A stretch of 64,000 nt of DNA from Anaerolineales bacterium (GCA_034430595.1 DAOUEL010000031.1:2596-66595), one strand, 5' to 3'. Counted from the stretch's first letter, positions 27,442-37,272 are shown. Numbers and translations: made by a program. Notes: a model not told the origin generated them from the sequence alone.

Positions 27442-29442
27442 ATGTCTCCAAAGAAAGTTCGTACACCCGAGGAAGCAAGCCGGGACCCGGCGACGATTTC
27501 CATGCTTGAGTTTGCCTGCAATAGTGAGTATGAAACCTCATTCTCGCGCGCCGACAACATGGCCCCCTGCCCGATCGGCAGCGATGGCCTGTGCTGCAAG
27601 GTATGCAGTCAGGGCCCCTGCCGGCTAGTGAAGGAAGGCCAGGTAGGCGTCTGCGGCGCCACGCGCGAAACGGTGGCGGCGCGCAATTTCGCCCGCATGG
27701 TCGCCGCAGGCGCCGCTTCGCATTCCGACCATGGGCGCGATTTGGCCTACACCCTGCTGGCGGCCGCAGAAGGCCACGCGCCTGATTACAAGGTGCGCGA
27801 TGCTGCCAAGCTGCGCGAGATGGCGCATTATCTCGGGATCGCGGCCGACGGCAAGGAAATCAACGACCTCGCTCGCGAGGTGGCGCTGGCCGCGTTGAAT
27901 GAGTTCGGCAAGCCCACCGGTGAAATCGTCTACCTCAAGCGCGCCCCGAAAAAGCGCCAGGAAATCTGGAAGAAGGTCGGTATTGAACCGCGCAACGTCG
28001 ACCGCGAAATCGTCGAGATGATGCACCGCACCCATATTGGTAACGACCAGGATGCCGAGCACATTCTCGACCACGCCATGCGCGCTGCGCTCGGCGACGG
28101 CTGGGGTGGATCGATGCTCGCGACTGATCTATCCGATGTGCTCTTCGGCACGCCAGGTCCGGTGGCCTCGGAAGCAAACTTGGGCATCCTGCAAAAGGAT
28201 CAGGTCAACATCATCATCCACGGCCATGAACCGACGCTGTCGGAGATGATCGTCGCCGCGGCCCAGGACCCCGAGATGATCGAATACGCTAAGAGCAAGG
28301 GCGCCAGCGGCATCACCATGGGCGGCATCTGCTGCACGGCAAACGAAACGCTGATGCGACAGGGCGTTCCGCTGGCAGGCAACTTCCTGCAGCAGGAGCT
28401 GGCGATCTTAACCGGCGTCGTCGACGCAATGGTCGTCGACATCCAGTGCATTATGCAGGGCGTCGTCAAACTTGCAGACCAGTTCCATACCGAGATCATT
28501 ACCACCTCGCCCAAGGCCAAGATCACCGGTGCCACCCACATGCAGTTCGACGAAGAGCGCGCCATGGAGATTGCCAAAGAGATCGTCCGCACCGCGTGCG
28601 ATCGCTTCACCGAGCGTAAATCCGAGGTCAACATCCCGGATATGAGCTCCGAACTGATCCCCGGTTTCTCTCACGAATACATCAACTACGCGCTCGGCGG
28701 GACGTACCGCGGCTCGCTGCGCCCGCTGAACGACGCCATCATGTCCGGACGCATTCGCGGCGTGGTAGCCAACATCGGCTGCAACAACGCCCGCGTCTGC
28801 CACGACGAGCTCCACCGCCATGTCGTGACGGAATTCATCAAGAACGACGTGCTCGTTGTCGAAACGGGCTGTGGTGCGATCGCCAGCGCCAAGCAGGGCT
28901 ACATGCGCCCGGAGGCCGCCCTGGAACACGCTGGACCCGGCTTACGGGAGGTGTGCGAGGCAGTTGGCATCCCGCCTGTACTGCATATGGGCTCCTGTGT
29001 CGACAACTCCCGCATCTTGACCGTACTGGCTCAGATGGCCACCGAGGGCGGGCTGGGCGATGACATCAGCGACATCCCCGCCGTCGGCATGGCCCCCGAG
29101 TGGATGAGCGAAAAAGCGATCTCGATCGCGACATACTGCGTCGCCTCAGGTGCCTATGTGATCATGGGTCACTCCAGTCCGGTTTCTGGTGTCGATAAGG
29201 TGACTGAGATCATCAGCGATGGCTGGGAAAGCAAGGTGGGTGGACGCTTGGAGTTCACCAACGACGGCGACGAAATTGTACGCCGCTCGCTTGCCCACAT
29301 CGACAAGAAACGAGCCGAGCTCGGCCTGCCGGAATACGATCCCTCCAACTGGGGCAAGAGCGGTGACTGGAGAATCGACGAACTGGTTGAGCTCCCGCTG
29401 GCCGAGAAAATCGGCGCGGTTTACGGCAATTCATCGAACTAG
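27442..29442 (+). CDS. acsA: anaerobic Ni-dependent carbon monoxide dehydrogenase catalytic subunit
   Basis: CPIGSDGLCCKVCSQGPCRL...VGVCGAT (B/D-cluster cysteines), with prismane/CODH family length and motifs. ATG 27442 has GAGGAG upstream. Confidence 0.95.
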   Translation: MSPKKVRTPEEASRDPATISMLEFACNSEYETSFSRADNMAPCPIGSDGLCCKVCSQGPCRLVKEGQVGVCGATRETVAARNFARMVAAGAASHSDHGRDLAYTLLAAAEGHAPDYKVRDAAKLREMAHYLGIAADGKEINDLAREVALAALNEFGKPTGEIVYLKRAPKKRQEIWKKVGIEPRNVDREIVEMMHRTHIGNDQDAEHILDHAMRAALGDGWGGSMLATDLSDVLFGTPGPVASEANLGILQKDQVNIIIHGHEPTLSEMIVAAAQDPEMIEYAKSKGASGITMGGICCTANETLMRQGVPLAGNFLQQELAILTGVVDAMVVDIQCIMQGVVKLADQFHTEIITTSPKAKITGATHMQFDEERAMEIAKEIVRTACDRFTERKSEVNIPDMSSELIPGFSHEYINYALGGTYRGSLRPLNDAIMSGRIRGVVANIGCNNARVCHDELHRHVVTEFIKNDVLVVETGCGAIASAKQGYMRPEAALEHAGPGLREVCEAVGIPPVLHMGSCVDNSRILTVLAQMATEGGLGDDISDIPAVGMAPEWMSEKAISIATYCVASGAYVIMGHSSPVSGVDKVTEIISDGWESKVGGRLEFTNDGDEIVRRSLAHIDKKRAELGLPEYDPSNWGKSGDWRIDELVELPLAEKIGAVYGNSSN

Positions 29443-29456
29443 GGAGGCAGCATACA

Positions 29457-31745
29457 ATGTCACGGTATATTGCTACTCGTGCCATCAAGGGAGCGAACGC
29501 CATCGTCGCCGAAGCCAGGGCGCTGTACGAGCGCGCCCTGGAGGAAAAAGGTCCCGATACCGCTGTCGCTTTCCCAAACACCGCCTATTACCTGCCGGTC
29601 ATCCTGGGCATGCTTGGGCACGAAGTGACGAAGATCAGCGATCTCGAACTTGTTCTCAATCACGCGCTCACACTGGTCCATTCGGTACCCGATAAAACGC
29701 TCTGGACGCCCTACCTGGGCGAGACGCTCGACAGCGGCATGGCCACGCTGTTGGCTGAAGAGGTAATCGAAGCTATCCGCTTTGCCTACCTCGAGGAACC
29801 GCAGCCCTACCGCGGCCTGGAGCTCACCGGCGCCACTTCCTTCACCAGCCCGGACGGGAACGGCGGAGGAGAGCACGCCAACGGTCACCTGAACGGGCCA
29901 ATCGACGACATCCAACTGCGCTCGTGGGGCATCCAGCTCGTCGATGGACGCATGCCTGGTTTTGCCGCCATCGTCGGCGCGGCCCACTCGAACGAAGCGG
30001 CCGTCGCCATCGTGCGTGAGCTCCAGCAGCGCAACATCCTCACCTTCCTCGTCGGCAATGTCAACGGACGTTCGATCATCGATCAGTTGGTTGAAGAGGG
30101 TGTCGAGATGGGGTATGACACCTACATCGTGCCCTTCAGCAAGGACACGATTGGCGCCATCTACCCGCTTGGCTTTGCCACACGCTCGGCGCTGACCTTC
30201 GGCGGCTTGAAAGGCGGCCAATGGCGCGATATCTTGCTCTACAACAAGAACCGCGTCTTCGCATTTGTACTCGCTCTGGGCGAGGTCGACGACCTGAAGT
30301 ACGCCACTGCTGCGGGAGCAATCTCCTACGGGTTCCCGGTCCTGGCTGACACGGTGATCCCTGAGATCCTGCCAACAGGCGTAACGCAATACGAACACGT
30401 GATTTCTATGCCCTGGAACGAAATCCAGGGCGAAACCGAGGCCGAGAAAGCCCGTAAACTGATCCAGAAAGCGATTGAAGTACGCGGCGTCAAAGTCAAG
30501 ATCTCCGAAGTGCCCATTCCGGTCCCCTACGGGTCGGCTTTCGAAGGCGAGGTCGTACGCAAGGCCGACATGCGGGTCGAGTTCGGCGGCAAGTACAGCC
30601 GCGCTTTCGAATACCTGACGATGGCCGATATGGAGGAAGTTGAAGACGGCAAGATCGAACTCGTTGGACCGGACTTCTCCGAGGTCGAAGACCAGGGATC
30701 GATGGATCTTGGCCTGGTGATTAAAGTCGCCGGACGAAAGATGGAGAAGGACTTCGAGCCGGTTCTCGAACGCCAGATCCACTACTTCATCAACGGTGCC
30801 TCCGGTATCCAGCACATCGGCCAACGCGATATCACCTGGATCCGTATCAGTAAGGCCGCAGTGGAAAAAGGCTTTAACTTGAAGCACTTTGGTGACATCC
30901 TGCATGCCCGCTTCCATGATGACTTCGGCAGCATTGTTGACAAAGTTGAAGTCCAGATCATCACCGATCCCAAGCTGCACGAGGAATGGCTTGCAAATGC
31001 GCGTGCAGCTTACGAGGAACGCAACGAACGTATAGGTTCAATGACCGACACCAGCGTCGAGGAGTTCTATTCCTGCACGCTGTGCCAATCCTTCGCACCT
31101 GACCACGTCTGCATCGTCAGCCCAGAGCGCCTCGGTCTGTGCGGGGCATACAACTGGCTCGACTGTAAAGCCTCACATCAGATCAATCCCACTGGGCCCA
31201 ACCAGCCGATCAAAAAAGGCGAAAACACCGACCCCGTCAAGGGTTACTTCACCGGCGTGAACGAATTCGCCGGCACCGCCTCCCATGGCACCGTGACCGA
31301 TGTCTCGATGTACTCAATCATGGAGAACCCGATGACGGCCTGCGGCTGTTTCGAATGCATCGCCATGCTCATCCCTGAGGCGAACGGGATCATGATCGTC
31401 AGCCGCGAGGATACGAGCATGACGCCGGCCGGCATGACCTTCTCAACGTTGGCCGGGATGGCCGGCGGCGGGTTGCAGACCCCGGGCGTCATGGGACACG
31501 GCAAGTTTTATATACTCAGCCCGAAATTCATCTCAGCCGACGGCGGCTTCAAGCGCGTGGTCTGGATGTCATCTGTACTCAAGCAGCAAATGGCTGAGGC
31601 GCTCCAGTCCGTCGCCGAACGCGAGGGCGACCCGGATTTGATCGAGAAGATCGCCGACGAGACTATCTGCACTGATGTAGAAGGCCTGCTGGCGTATCTT
31701 ACCGAAAAGGGACACCCAGCCCTCGAGATGGCTTCGATGTTCTAA
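29457..31745 (+). CDS. acsB: acetyl-CoA synthase (CO-methylating, A-cluster subunit)
   Basis: FYSCTLCQSFAPDHVCIVSPERLGLCGA (A-cluster 4Fe-4S cysteines) and MTACGCFECIA (Cys-Gly-Cys Ni site). Confidence 0.95.
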   Translation: MSRYIATRAIKGANAIVAEARALYERALEEKGPDTAVAFPNTAYYLPVILGMLGHEVTKISDLELVLNHALTLVHSVPDKTLWTPYLGETLDSGMATLLAEEVIEAIRFAYLEEPQPYRGLELTGATSFTSPDGNGGGEHANGHLNGPIDDIQLRSWGIQLVDGRMPGFAAIVGAAHSNEAAVAIVRELQQRNILTFLVGNVNGRSIIDQLVEEGVEMGYDTYIVPFSKDTIGAIYPLGFATRSALTFGGLKGGQWRDILLYNKNRVFAFVLALGEVDDLKYATAAGAISYGFPVLADTVIPEILPTGVTQYEHVISMPWNEIQGETEAEKARKLIQKAIEVRGVKVKISEVPIPVPYGSAFEGEVVRKADMRVEFGGKYSRAFEYLTMADMEEVEDGKIELVGPDFSEVEDQGSMDLGLVIKVAGRKMEKDFEPVLERQIHYFINGASGIQHIGQRDITWIRISKAAVEKGFNLKHFGDILHARFHDDFGSIVDKVEVQIITDPKLHEEWLANARAAYEERNERIGSMTDTSVEEFYSCTLCQSFAPDHVCIVSPERLGLCGAYNWLDCKASHQINPTGPNQPIKKGENTDPVKGYFTGVNEFAGTASHGTVTDVSMYSIMENPMTACGCFECIAMLIPEANGIMIVSREDTSMTPAGMTFSTLAGMAGGGLQTPGVMGHGKFYILSPKFISADGGFKRVVWMSSVLKQQMAEALQSVAEREGDPDLIEKIADETICTDVEGLLAYLTEKGHPALEMASMF

Positions 31746-31753
31746 AACCCGAA

Positions 31754-31792
31754 TGCCACCGTCCAGACAACCGGCCGGTGGCACAGGTTTTT
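31754..31792 (+). promoter_or_regulatory. intercistronic hairpin plus T-tract between acsB and acsD (attenuator/processing candidate)
   Basis: TGCCACCG ... CGGTGGCA forms an 8-bp stem with a 14-nt loop, followed 4 nt later by TTTTT. Confidence 0.35.
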
Positions 31793-31819
31793 ATGGAAAT
31801 GATGGAGGAAACCAATCCC

Positions 31820-32785
31820 ATGACGATCGAAATCCCCAAGGAAAAATGGTCTGGGCGCGTGCGTGAGGTCACGCTCGGCGCGACCGCCGACGAAGGTGGC
31901 ACCCGCAGCCGGACGCTGACTGTCGGTGGTGAGTCAGCCATGCCGTATCTCTATTTTGAAGGTGAGATTCCCCACTCGCCGGCACTGGCGCTGGAAATTC
32001 ACGACCGCAAACCGGATGACTGGTCTCCGCTCCTGCTGGAAGCCTGGGGGGACGCCGCCGAAGATCCGGCCACCTGGGCAAAGGCTGCCGAAGAGGCTGG
32101 CGCCGATCTGATCTATCTTTCGCTCAGCCTTACAACAGCGGCAGGCGAAAAGAATACGGCAGAGAATGCCCGCTCTGTGGTGCGTTCTGTGCTCAATGCC
32201 AGCAGTTTGCCGCTGGCCGTGGTTGGAACTGGCCAGGCTGAGGCCGATAACGAGCTGATGGTAGCCGTCGCAGAAGAAGGCGTCGGCGAGCGGCTGCTGC
32301 TCGGGATCTGCGAGGATAAGAACTACCGCACGATCGTCGCCGCCGCGCTGGCGCACAAGCACCTGGTTCAGTCCCGCACCCCGATGGATGTCAATCTCTC
32401 AAAACAGATGATCATCCTGATCAACGACATGGGCATGCCGCTCGAGCGCATTATCATGGACCCCACCACCGGAGCCCTGGGCTACGGAATCGAGTACGGC
32501 TATTCGGTGATGGAGCGTCTGCGCCTGGCCGCGCTGCAGGGCGACAGCATGACCCAGCAGCCGATGCTGGTTACGCCGGGCGAGGAAGCCTGGAAGGTCA
32601 AAGAGGCCAAGGTCGGCGAGGGTGTACCTGAAGAATGGGGTGATTGGGAAAAGCGCGCCCTCAATTGGGAAGCGATAACGGCCACCTCACTTATCCACTC
32701 GGGTGCGGACATCATTGTGCTCCGGCATCCAGAGACATTAAAGCGGGTCCGGGCGGTTGTTGACGCCCTGACCAATGGCGCGTGA
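31820..32785 (+). CDS. acsD: corrinoid iron-sulfur protein small subunit
   Basis: MTIEIPKEKWSGRVREVTLGATADEGGTRSRTLTVGGES resembles the AcsD N-terminus. GGAGGA lies 10 nt upstream of ATG 31820; the track ORF starts at GTG 31778, inside the hairpin. Confidence 0.88.
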   Translation: MTIEIPKEKWSGRVREVTLGATADEGGTRSRTLTVGGESAMPYLYFEGEIPHSPALALEIHDRKPDDWSPLLLEAWGDAAEDPATWAKAAEEAGADLIYLSLSLTTAAGEKNTAENARSVVRSVLNASSLPLAVVGTGQAEADNELMVAVAEEGVGERLLLGICEDKNYRTIVAAALAHKHLVQSRTPMDVNLSKQMIILINDMGMPLERIIMDPTTGALGYGIEYGYSVMERLRLAALQGDSMTQQPMLVTPGEEAWKVKEAKVGEGVPEEWGDWEKRALNWEAITATSLIHSGADIIVLRHPETLKRVRAVVDALTNGA

Positions 32786-32801
32786 GGTGGGGAGGTAGGA
32801 C

Positions 32802-34151
32802 ATGGCACTTTCTGGACTAGAAATCTATAAGCTGCTCCCGCAGACCAATTGTAAGGAATGCGGATACCCGACCTGCCTGGCCTTCGCCATGAAGCTGGCT
32901 GCCAAACAGGCCGAATTGAAAGACTGCCCCTACGTAAGCGAGGAAGCAGCCGCAAAACTCGAAGCTGCGTCAGCCCCGCCCATCCGCCTGATTGAACTTC
33001 AAGGCAGTGATGGCAAGCTGGCTGTCGGGAACGAGACGGTGCTCTTCCGGCATGAAAAAACCTTTTACCACAAACCTGGGCTCTTCCTGCGCGTCGCCGA
33101 CACGCTTGACGCTGCCGCAGCGAAGGAGATGGTCACGCAAGCCGACGCATTTCACGTCGACTACGTCGGCATCGACCTGCACCTGGACGGGTTTGCTGTG
33201 GAAGCGGCATCCGGCGATGCGGGCAAGTACGCTGCCGCGGTCGGTGCGGTGCGGGAGGGGACCAAACTGCCCCTGATCCTGATCGCATCCGATCCCGGGC
33301 TCGCGAAAGCCGGCCTGGAGGTCGCTGGTGGGCGTCCTCTGCTCTACGCCGCCGATGCCGAAAACTGGCAGGCGATGGGCGAGCTCGCTAAAAGCGCCAA
33401 CGTGCCGCTGGCGGTGCGTGCAGACGGTCCGGATGCGCTGAATGACCTGACGGAAAAACTGAAGAGCCTTGGCCTGGAAGACCTGGTGCTCGATCCGAGC
33501 ACGGCGGGATACAAGCAGGACCTGGCCAACTACACGACGCTGCGCCGCCTGGCGATTAAGAAGAATATGCGCTCGCTCGGCTTCCCGATCATCAGCTTCC
33601 CGGGCAGACTCGACGCGAGCGACGAGACCCTGCTCGCAGCCCAGTACATCGCCAAGTACAGCGGCCTGGTCGTACTCGACCACTTCGATCCGGCTACGGC
33701 GTACGCGCTGCTCGTCCTGCGCGAAAACATCTATACCGATCCACAAAAACCGATCCAGGTCCAACCAGGAATCTACGAGATCAACAATCCCGATCCAAAC
33801 GCACCGCTGTTTGTGACAACCAACTTCTCGATTACCTACTTCTCCGTTGCAAACGAGGTCGAAGGGTCTGGTTGGCCTGGCTGGCTGCTTGTCACCGACG
33901 CCGAGGGGATGAGCGTGCTAACAGCCTGGGCCGCCGGAAAGTTCGACGCCGAGCGCATCGCCAAGGATGTGAAAGCCTTTGGCGTGGAGGAGAAGCTTGC
34001 CCATAAGAAGCTGATCCTGCCCGGTCATGTTTCCGTTCTCTCGGGCGAGCTGGAGGAAGAACTGCCCGGCTGGGAGATCATGGTCGGCCCGCGTGAGGCG
34101 GTCGATATCCCAACTTATCTGAAGACAATGTGGTCAAACGGGGGCGGATAA
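32802..34151 (+). CDS. acsC: corrinoid iron-sulfur protein large subunit (4Fe-4S + TIM barrel + B12-binding)
   Basis: N-terminal CKECGYPTCLAFAMKLAAKQAELKDCPY (C-x2-C-x4-C-x16-C cluster motif), with length and order matching AcsC. Confidence 0.92.
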   Translation: MALSGLEIYKLLPQTNCKECGYPTCLAFAMKLAAKQAELKDCPYVSEEAAAKLEAASAPPIRLIELQGSDGKLAVGNETVLFRHEKTFYHKPGLFLRVADTLDAAAAKEMVTQADAFHVDYVGIDLHLDGFAVEAASGDAGKYAAAVGAVREGTKLPLILIASDPGLAKAGLEVAGGRPLLYAADAENWQAMGELAKSANVPLAVRADGPDALNDLTEKLKSLGLEDLVLDPSTAGYKQDLANYTTLRRLAIKKNMRSLGFPIISFPGRLDASDETLLAAQYIAKYSGLVVLDHFDPATAYALLVLRENIYTDPQKPIQVQPGIYEINNPDPNAPLFVTTNFSITYFSVANEVEGSGWPGWLLVTDAEGMSVLTAWAAGKFDAERIAKDVKAFGVEEKLAHKKLILPGHVSVLSGELEEELPGWEIMVGPREAVDIPTYLKTMWSNGGG

Positions 34152-34171
34152 GCCCTGGGAGGAGTGCAGCG

Positions 34172-34438
34172 ATGACGGTACGAGTTTCACGGCTACCGAA
34201 GGACCCGTATCTGGGCTATGACGCGCAGCAGGTCGCCCGCACTGCGGCCGCCTGCTTGCAGTGCCTGCCTCCGGCTCCCTGCACGCTTGCCTGCAGTCGA
34301 AGCGCTGACATCCCACAGGTTATGCGCCTGGCCGGCCAGGCGGCATGCGAAGGGCTTGCGCTTACGCGCTGGTTCTGGGATGAAGAACGCGTTGAGGCAG
34401 CACGCGTCACTGACGCCATCAGCGACTCCTATAATTAA
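34172..34438 (+). CDS. stand-alone helical-ferredoxin-like mini-protein (88 aa)
   Basis: GGGAGGAG lies 7 nt upstream of ATG 34172. AAACLQCLPPAPCTLACSRSADIPQVMRLAGQAACEG resembles the CxxC-x6-C-x3-C(P)-x3-DIP pattern of the N-terminal Fe-S domain of GltD/DPD-type enzymes. Confidence 0.65.
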   Translation: MTVRVSRLPKDPYLGYDAQQVARTAAACLQCLPPAPCTLACSRSADIPQVMRLAGQAACEGLALTRWFWDEERVEAARVTDAISDSYN

Positions 34439-34445
34439 CATCAGC

Positions 34446-34484
34446 ACCGGCGCGGGTTCGGTTTCACAACCAACCCGCGCCGGT
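34446..34484 (+). promoter_or_regulatory. strong intercistronic hairpin between the mini Fe-S gene and the RACo gene
   Basis: ACCGGCGCGGGTT / AACCCGCGCCGGT forms a perfect 13-bp GC-rich stem with a 13-nt loop and no U-tract. Confidence 0.6.
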
Positions 34485-34497
34485 CCGGTACAGGGAT

Positions 34498-36438
34498 TTG
34501 GCATCACATAAGGTAACGATTCAACCTGCAAATATCAGCCTCGAGGTGCCAACCGGTACGCTCGTCTCCGATGCTGCCCGACTGGCGGGTCTTGAGATTG
34601 CCCAGCCATGCGGCGGCCAGGGGCGCTGCGGCCGTTGTGCGGTGCATATCGAGGCGGGCGGGGTCCGCCGCAGGTCGACGATCCGCCTCTCAGCCGACGA
34701 TCTCGCTTCCGGTTGGGCTTTAGCCTGCCAGGCCGTGATCGAAGGTGACGCCAGCATCACCATCCCTGAGCAGGAACGGATCGAACGCAGGTTGGTCACC
34801 GAGCAGACGGCGCGCAAAGTCGAAGCTCCATTTGTTTATGATCCGGCGGTGATGCAGTCCTTGCAGTCGATCCAACTGACGCTCGAACCACCTACCCTGG
34901 ATGACTATCGCGACGACCTGACCCGGCTGCAGAATGGCCTGGCGAGCGTGGGTTTCGCACCGGTTCAGGTGCCCCTGCCCGTGCTGCGCGGTTTGGGTTC
35001 CGCACTGCGAGCAAGCGACTGGTCACCACACGTGCTGCTCGACTGTGAGAGACCCGAAGGCGGGCCGGCCCGCCTGATGCAGGTCAGCGCTTCCCCGATC
35101 GAGCCGATCGGACTCGCATTGGACATCGGCACCACGACGGTCACCGCCTACCTGGTTGACCTGGTCAGCGGGCAGGTGAAGGCTTCAGCGGCCGAATACA
35201 ACGGTCAGATCGCTCGCGGTGAAGATGTGATCTCACGCATCATCTTTGCCAGCAAGGGAGACGGTCTAGCGGAGCTCAGCCGGCTCATCCGCGAGACCTT
35301 TTCGACGCTGCTTGAACGCCTGCAGCGCCGGACGGGGGTCGCACCGGATGCAATCCATAAGCTGACCGTCGCTGGTAATACGACCATGATGCACCTCTTC
35401 CTGGGCATCCCCCCAGAGACCATCCGCCTGACACCATACATTCCTGCGGCTAATCAGCCGCCACCGTACCTGGCGGGTGAACTGGGGCTGCCCATCCACC
35501 CCCTGGCCCCGGTAGATTTCCTGCCCGGCGTGGCATCGTACGTCGGCGCGGACATCAGCGCCGGAGTTCTCGCCTCCGGACTCGCGGACAGCGAGGCACT
35601 GACCCTCTTCATCGACGTCGGAACCAATGGGGAGATCGTGCTCGGCACGCGGGACTGGTTGTTGACCTGTGCTTGCTCAGCCGGGCCGGCTTTCGAAGGG
35701 GCCGGGGTGGTGGATGGTATGCGCGCTATGGAAGGCGCGATCGAAGAAATGTGGGTGCATTCGAAGACCTTCGAGCCCACCTACCGGGTGATTGGAGGCG
35801 GCGCGCCGCGCGGTCTGTGCGGCTCGGGCTTGATCTCGGCCCTGGCTGAATTGTTCGTGACGGGGGTGATCGACCGCGGCGGAAATGTCAAGCTCGACCT
35901 TGACACGCCGCGTGTGCGCATGGGCGAGCATGGAGCCGAGTATGTCATCGCCTGGGCCGATGAAACCGAGACCGGCCGCGATATCACACTGACCAAGGTC
36001 GATGTCGATAATTTGATGCGGGCCAAAGCTGCCATTTACGCCGGATACAGCGTCCTGGCAGGTGGCGTGGGCGTCGACCTGGCTGACGTGCAGCAAGTGC
36101 TGGTAGGCGGCTCCTTTGGTAAATACATCAACGTCGAAAACGCAATCAAGATCGGATTGCTGCCCGATCTGCCCTGGGATCGTTTTCACTTCCTGGGCAA
36201 CACCTCCGTCCTGGGCGCCTTCATGGCGCTGCTTTCGCGTGATGCCCGAACCCAGGTCCGGGCGATGGCCGAGCGCATGACCTATGTCGAACTTTCGGCC
36301 GATAACTCATTCTTCGACGCGTTCACTGCGGCACTTTTCCTGCCTCACACCGAAATCAGCCGCTTTCCAAGTGTGGCTGAAATCTGGGACCACCAGGATG
36401 ACAGCAAGCCGGTCGGAGAAACTTTAAGTCAGCAATAA
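34498..36438 (+). CDS. acsV: reductive activator of the corrinoid Fe-S protein (RACo; 2Fe-2S ferredoxin + ASKHA ATPase)
   Basis: HKVTIQPANISLEVPTGTLVSDAARLAGLEIAQPCGGQGRCGRCAV (plant-type 2Fe-2S), then LALDIGTTTV...FIDVGTNGEIVLG (ASKHA phosphate motifs). No in-frame ATG near the start; TTG 34498 is assumed. Confidence 0.9.
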   Translation: MASHKVTIQPANISLEVPTGTLVSDAARLAGLEIAQPCGGQGRCGRCAVHIEAGGVRRRSTIRLSADDLASGWALACQAVIEGDASITIPEQERIERRLVTEQTARKVEAPFVYDPAVMQSLQSIQLTLEPPTLDDYRDDLTRLQNGLASVGFAPVQVPLPVLRGLGSALRASDWSPHVLLDCERPEGGPARLMQVSASPIEPIGLALDIGTTTVTAYLVDLVSGQVKASAAEYNGQIARGEDVISRIIFASKGDGLAELSRLIRETFSTLLERLQRRTGVAPDAIHKLTVAGNTTMMHLFLGIPPETIRLTPYIPAANQPPPYLAGELGLPIHPLAPVDFLPGVASYVGADISAGVLASGLADSEALTLFIDVGTNGEIVLGTRDWLLTCACSAGPAFEGAGVVDGMRAMEGAIEEMWVHSKTFEPTYRVIGGGAPRGLCGSGLISALAELFVTGVIDRGGNVKLDLDTPRVRMGEHGAEYVIAWADETETGRDITLTKVDVDNLMRAKAAIYAGYSVLAGGVGVDLADVQQVLVGGSFGKYINVENAIKIGLLPDLPWDRFHFLGNTSVLGAFMALLSRDARTQVRAMAERMTYVELSADNSFFDAFTAALFLPHTEISRFPSVAEIWDHQDDSKPVGETLSQQ

Positions 36439-36465
36439 CAAGCATTGGTAGAGGAGCTGGTATCC

Positions 36466-37233
36466 ATGACGAAGACGATCGCACTGGCAGGAAAAGGTGG
36501 CACCGGGAAGACAACCGTTGCCGCGCTCCTGATTCAATCCTTGCTGCGGCGGGTTTCAGGGCCGCTGCTGGCAATCGATGCCGACCCAGCCACCAACCTG
36601 CACCTGGCACTGGGGCTGGAGATGCCAACCACCGTGGGCGAGGTGCGCGAGACGATGGCAACCGAAGCACAGCCAGGACAGCTCGGTGTGAGCATCAGCC
36701 GCCACGACTACCTGACGCACGAGGTGCAGATGGCGCTTGAGGAGGGCGACCAGGTCGACCTGCTGGCCATGGGCCGGCCGGAAGGCCAGGGCTGCTACTG
36801 TGCAGCCAACCACCTGCTCCGCACCATCATCGATGACATGGGCCGGCATTACCCATATGTCGTGATTGATAATGAGGCCGGCATGGAGCACATCAGCCGG
36901 CGGACAACGCGTGACGTTGACCTGCTGCTGATCGTTTCCGACCCGACGCTGCGGGGGTTGAAAGCTGCCGGCAGCATTCTCGAAATGTCACATGATATTG
37001 GCGTCAACGTTCTCAACCGCTGGCTGATTCTGAACCGGGTGACCGGCGATCTGCCGGAACCATTGCAAGCCGCGGTCGATGAGCTTGATATCGAAATTGG
37101 CGCAATCATACCGGCTGATCCACGCGTGAATGAGCTCGACGCGGTTGGCGAGCCGCTCATCAAGCTCAACGGGGATTCTCCCGCCGCGCGTGTCATTGAA
37201 GAGCTGACGCAATCGATCCTGAGCACGATTTAG
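36466..37233 (+). CDS. cooC: CooC/AcsF-type Ni-insertion ATPase
   Basis: IALAGKGGTGKTTVAALL P-loop and GQGCYCAANHLL (CxC Ni-binding motif). GAGGAG lies upstream of ATG 36466. Confidence 0.9.
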   Translation: MTKTIALAGKGGTGKTTVAALLIQSLLRRVSGPLLAIDADPATNLHLALGLEMPTTVGEVRETMATEAQPGQLGVSISRHDYLTHEVQMALEEGDQVDLLAMGRPEGQGCYCAANHLLRTIIDDMGRHYPYVVIDNEAGMEHISRRTTRDVDLLLIVSDPTLRGLKAAGSILEMSHDIGVNVLNRWLILNRVTGDLPEPLQAAVDELDIEIGAIIPADPRVNELDAVGEPLIKLNGDSPAARVIEELTQSILSTI

Positions 37234-37272
37234 AATGCGCCTCCCCACGCGGAGGCGCCGAGGAGAGGATCC

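Noticed and set aside
29460-30980. 506-aa ORF on the minus strand, antisense to acsB
   Set aside because: It lies entirely within and opposite the strongly supported acsB CDS. It has no SD, and its composition (rich in D/V/G/L/A) is typical of antisense shadow ORFs in GC-rich genes. No recognisable motifs.
32970-33764. 264-aa minus-strand ORF opposite acsC, and 37230..37874 opposite acsE
   Set aside because: Same reasoning as above: antisense to well-supported genes, Arg/Ala/Gly-rich, with no start context.
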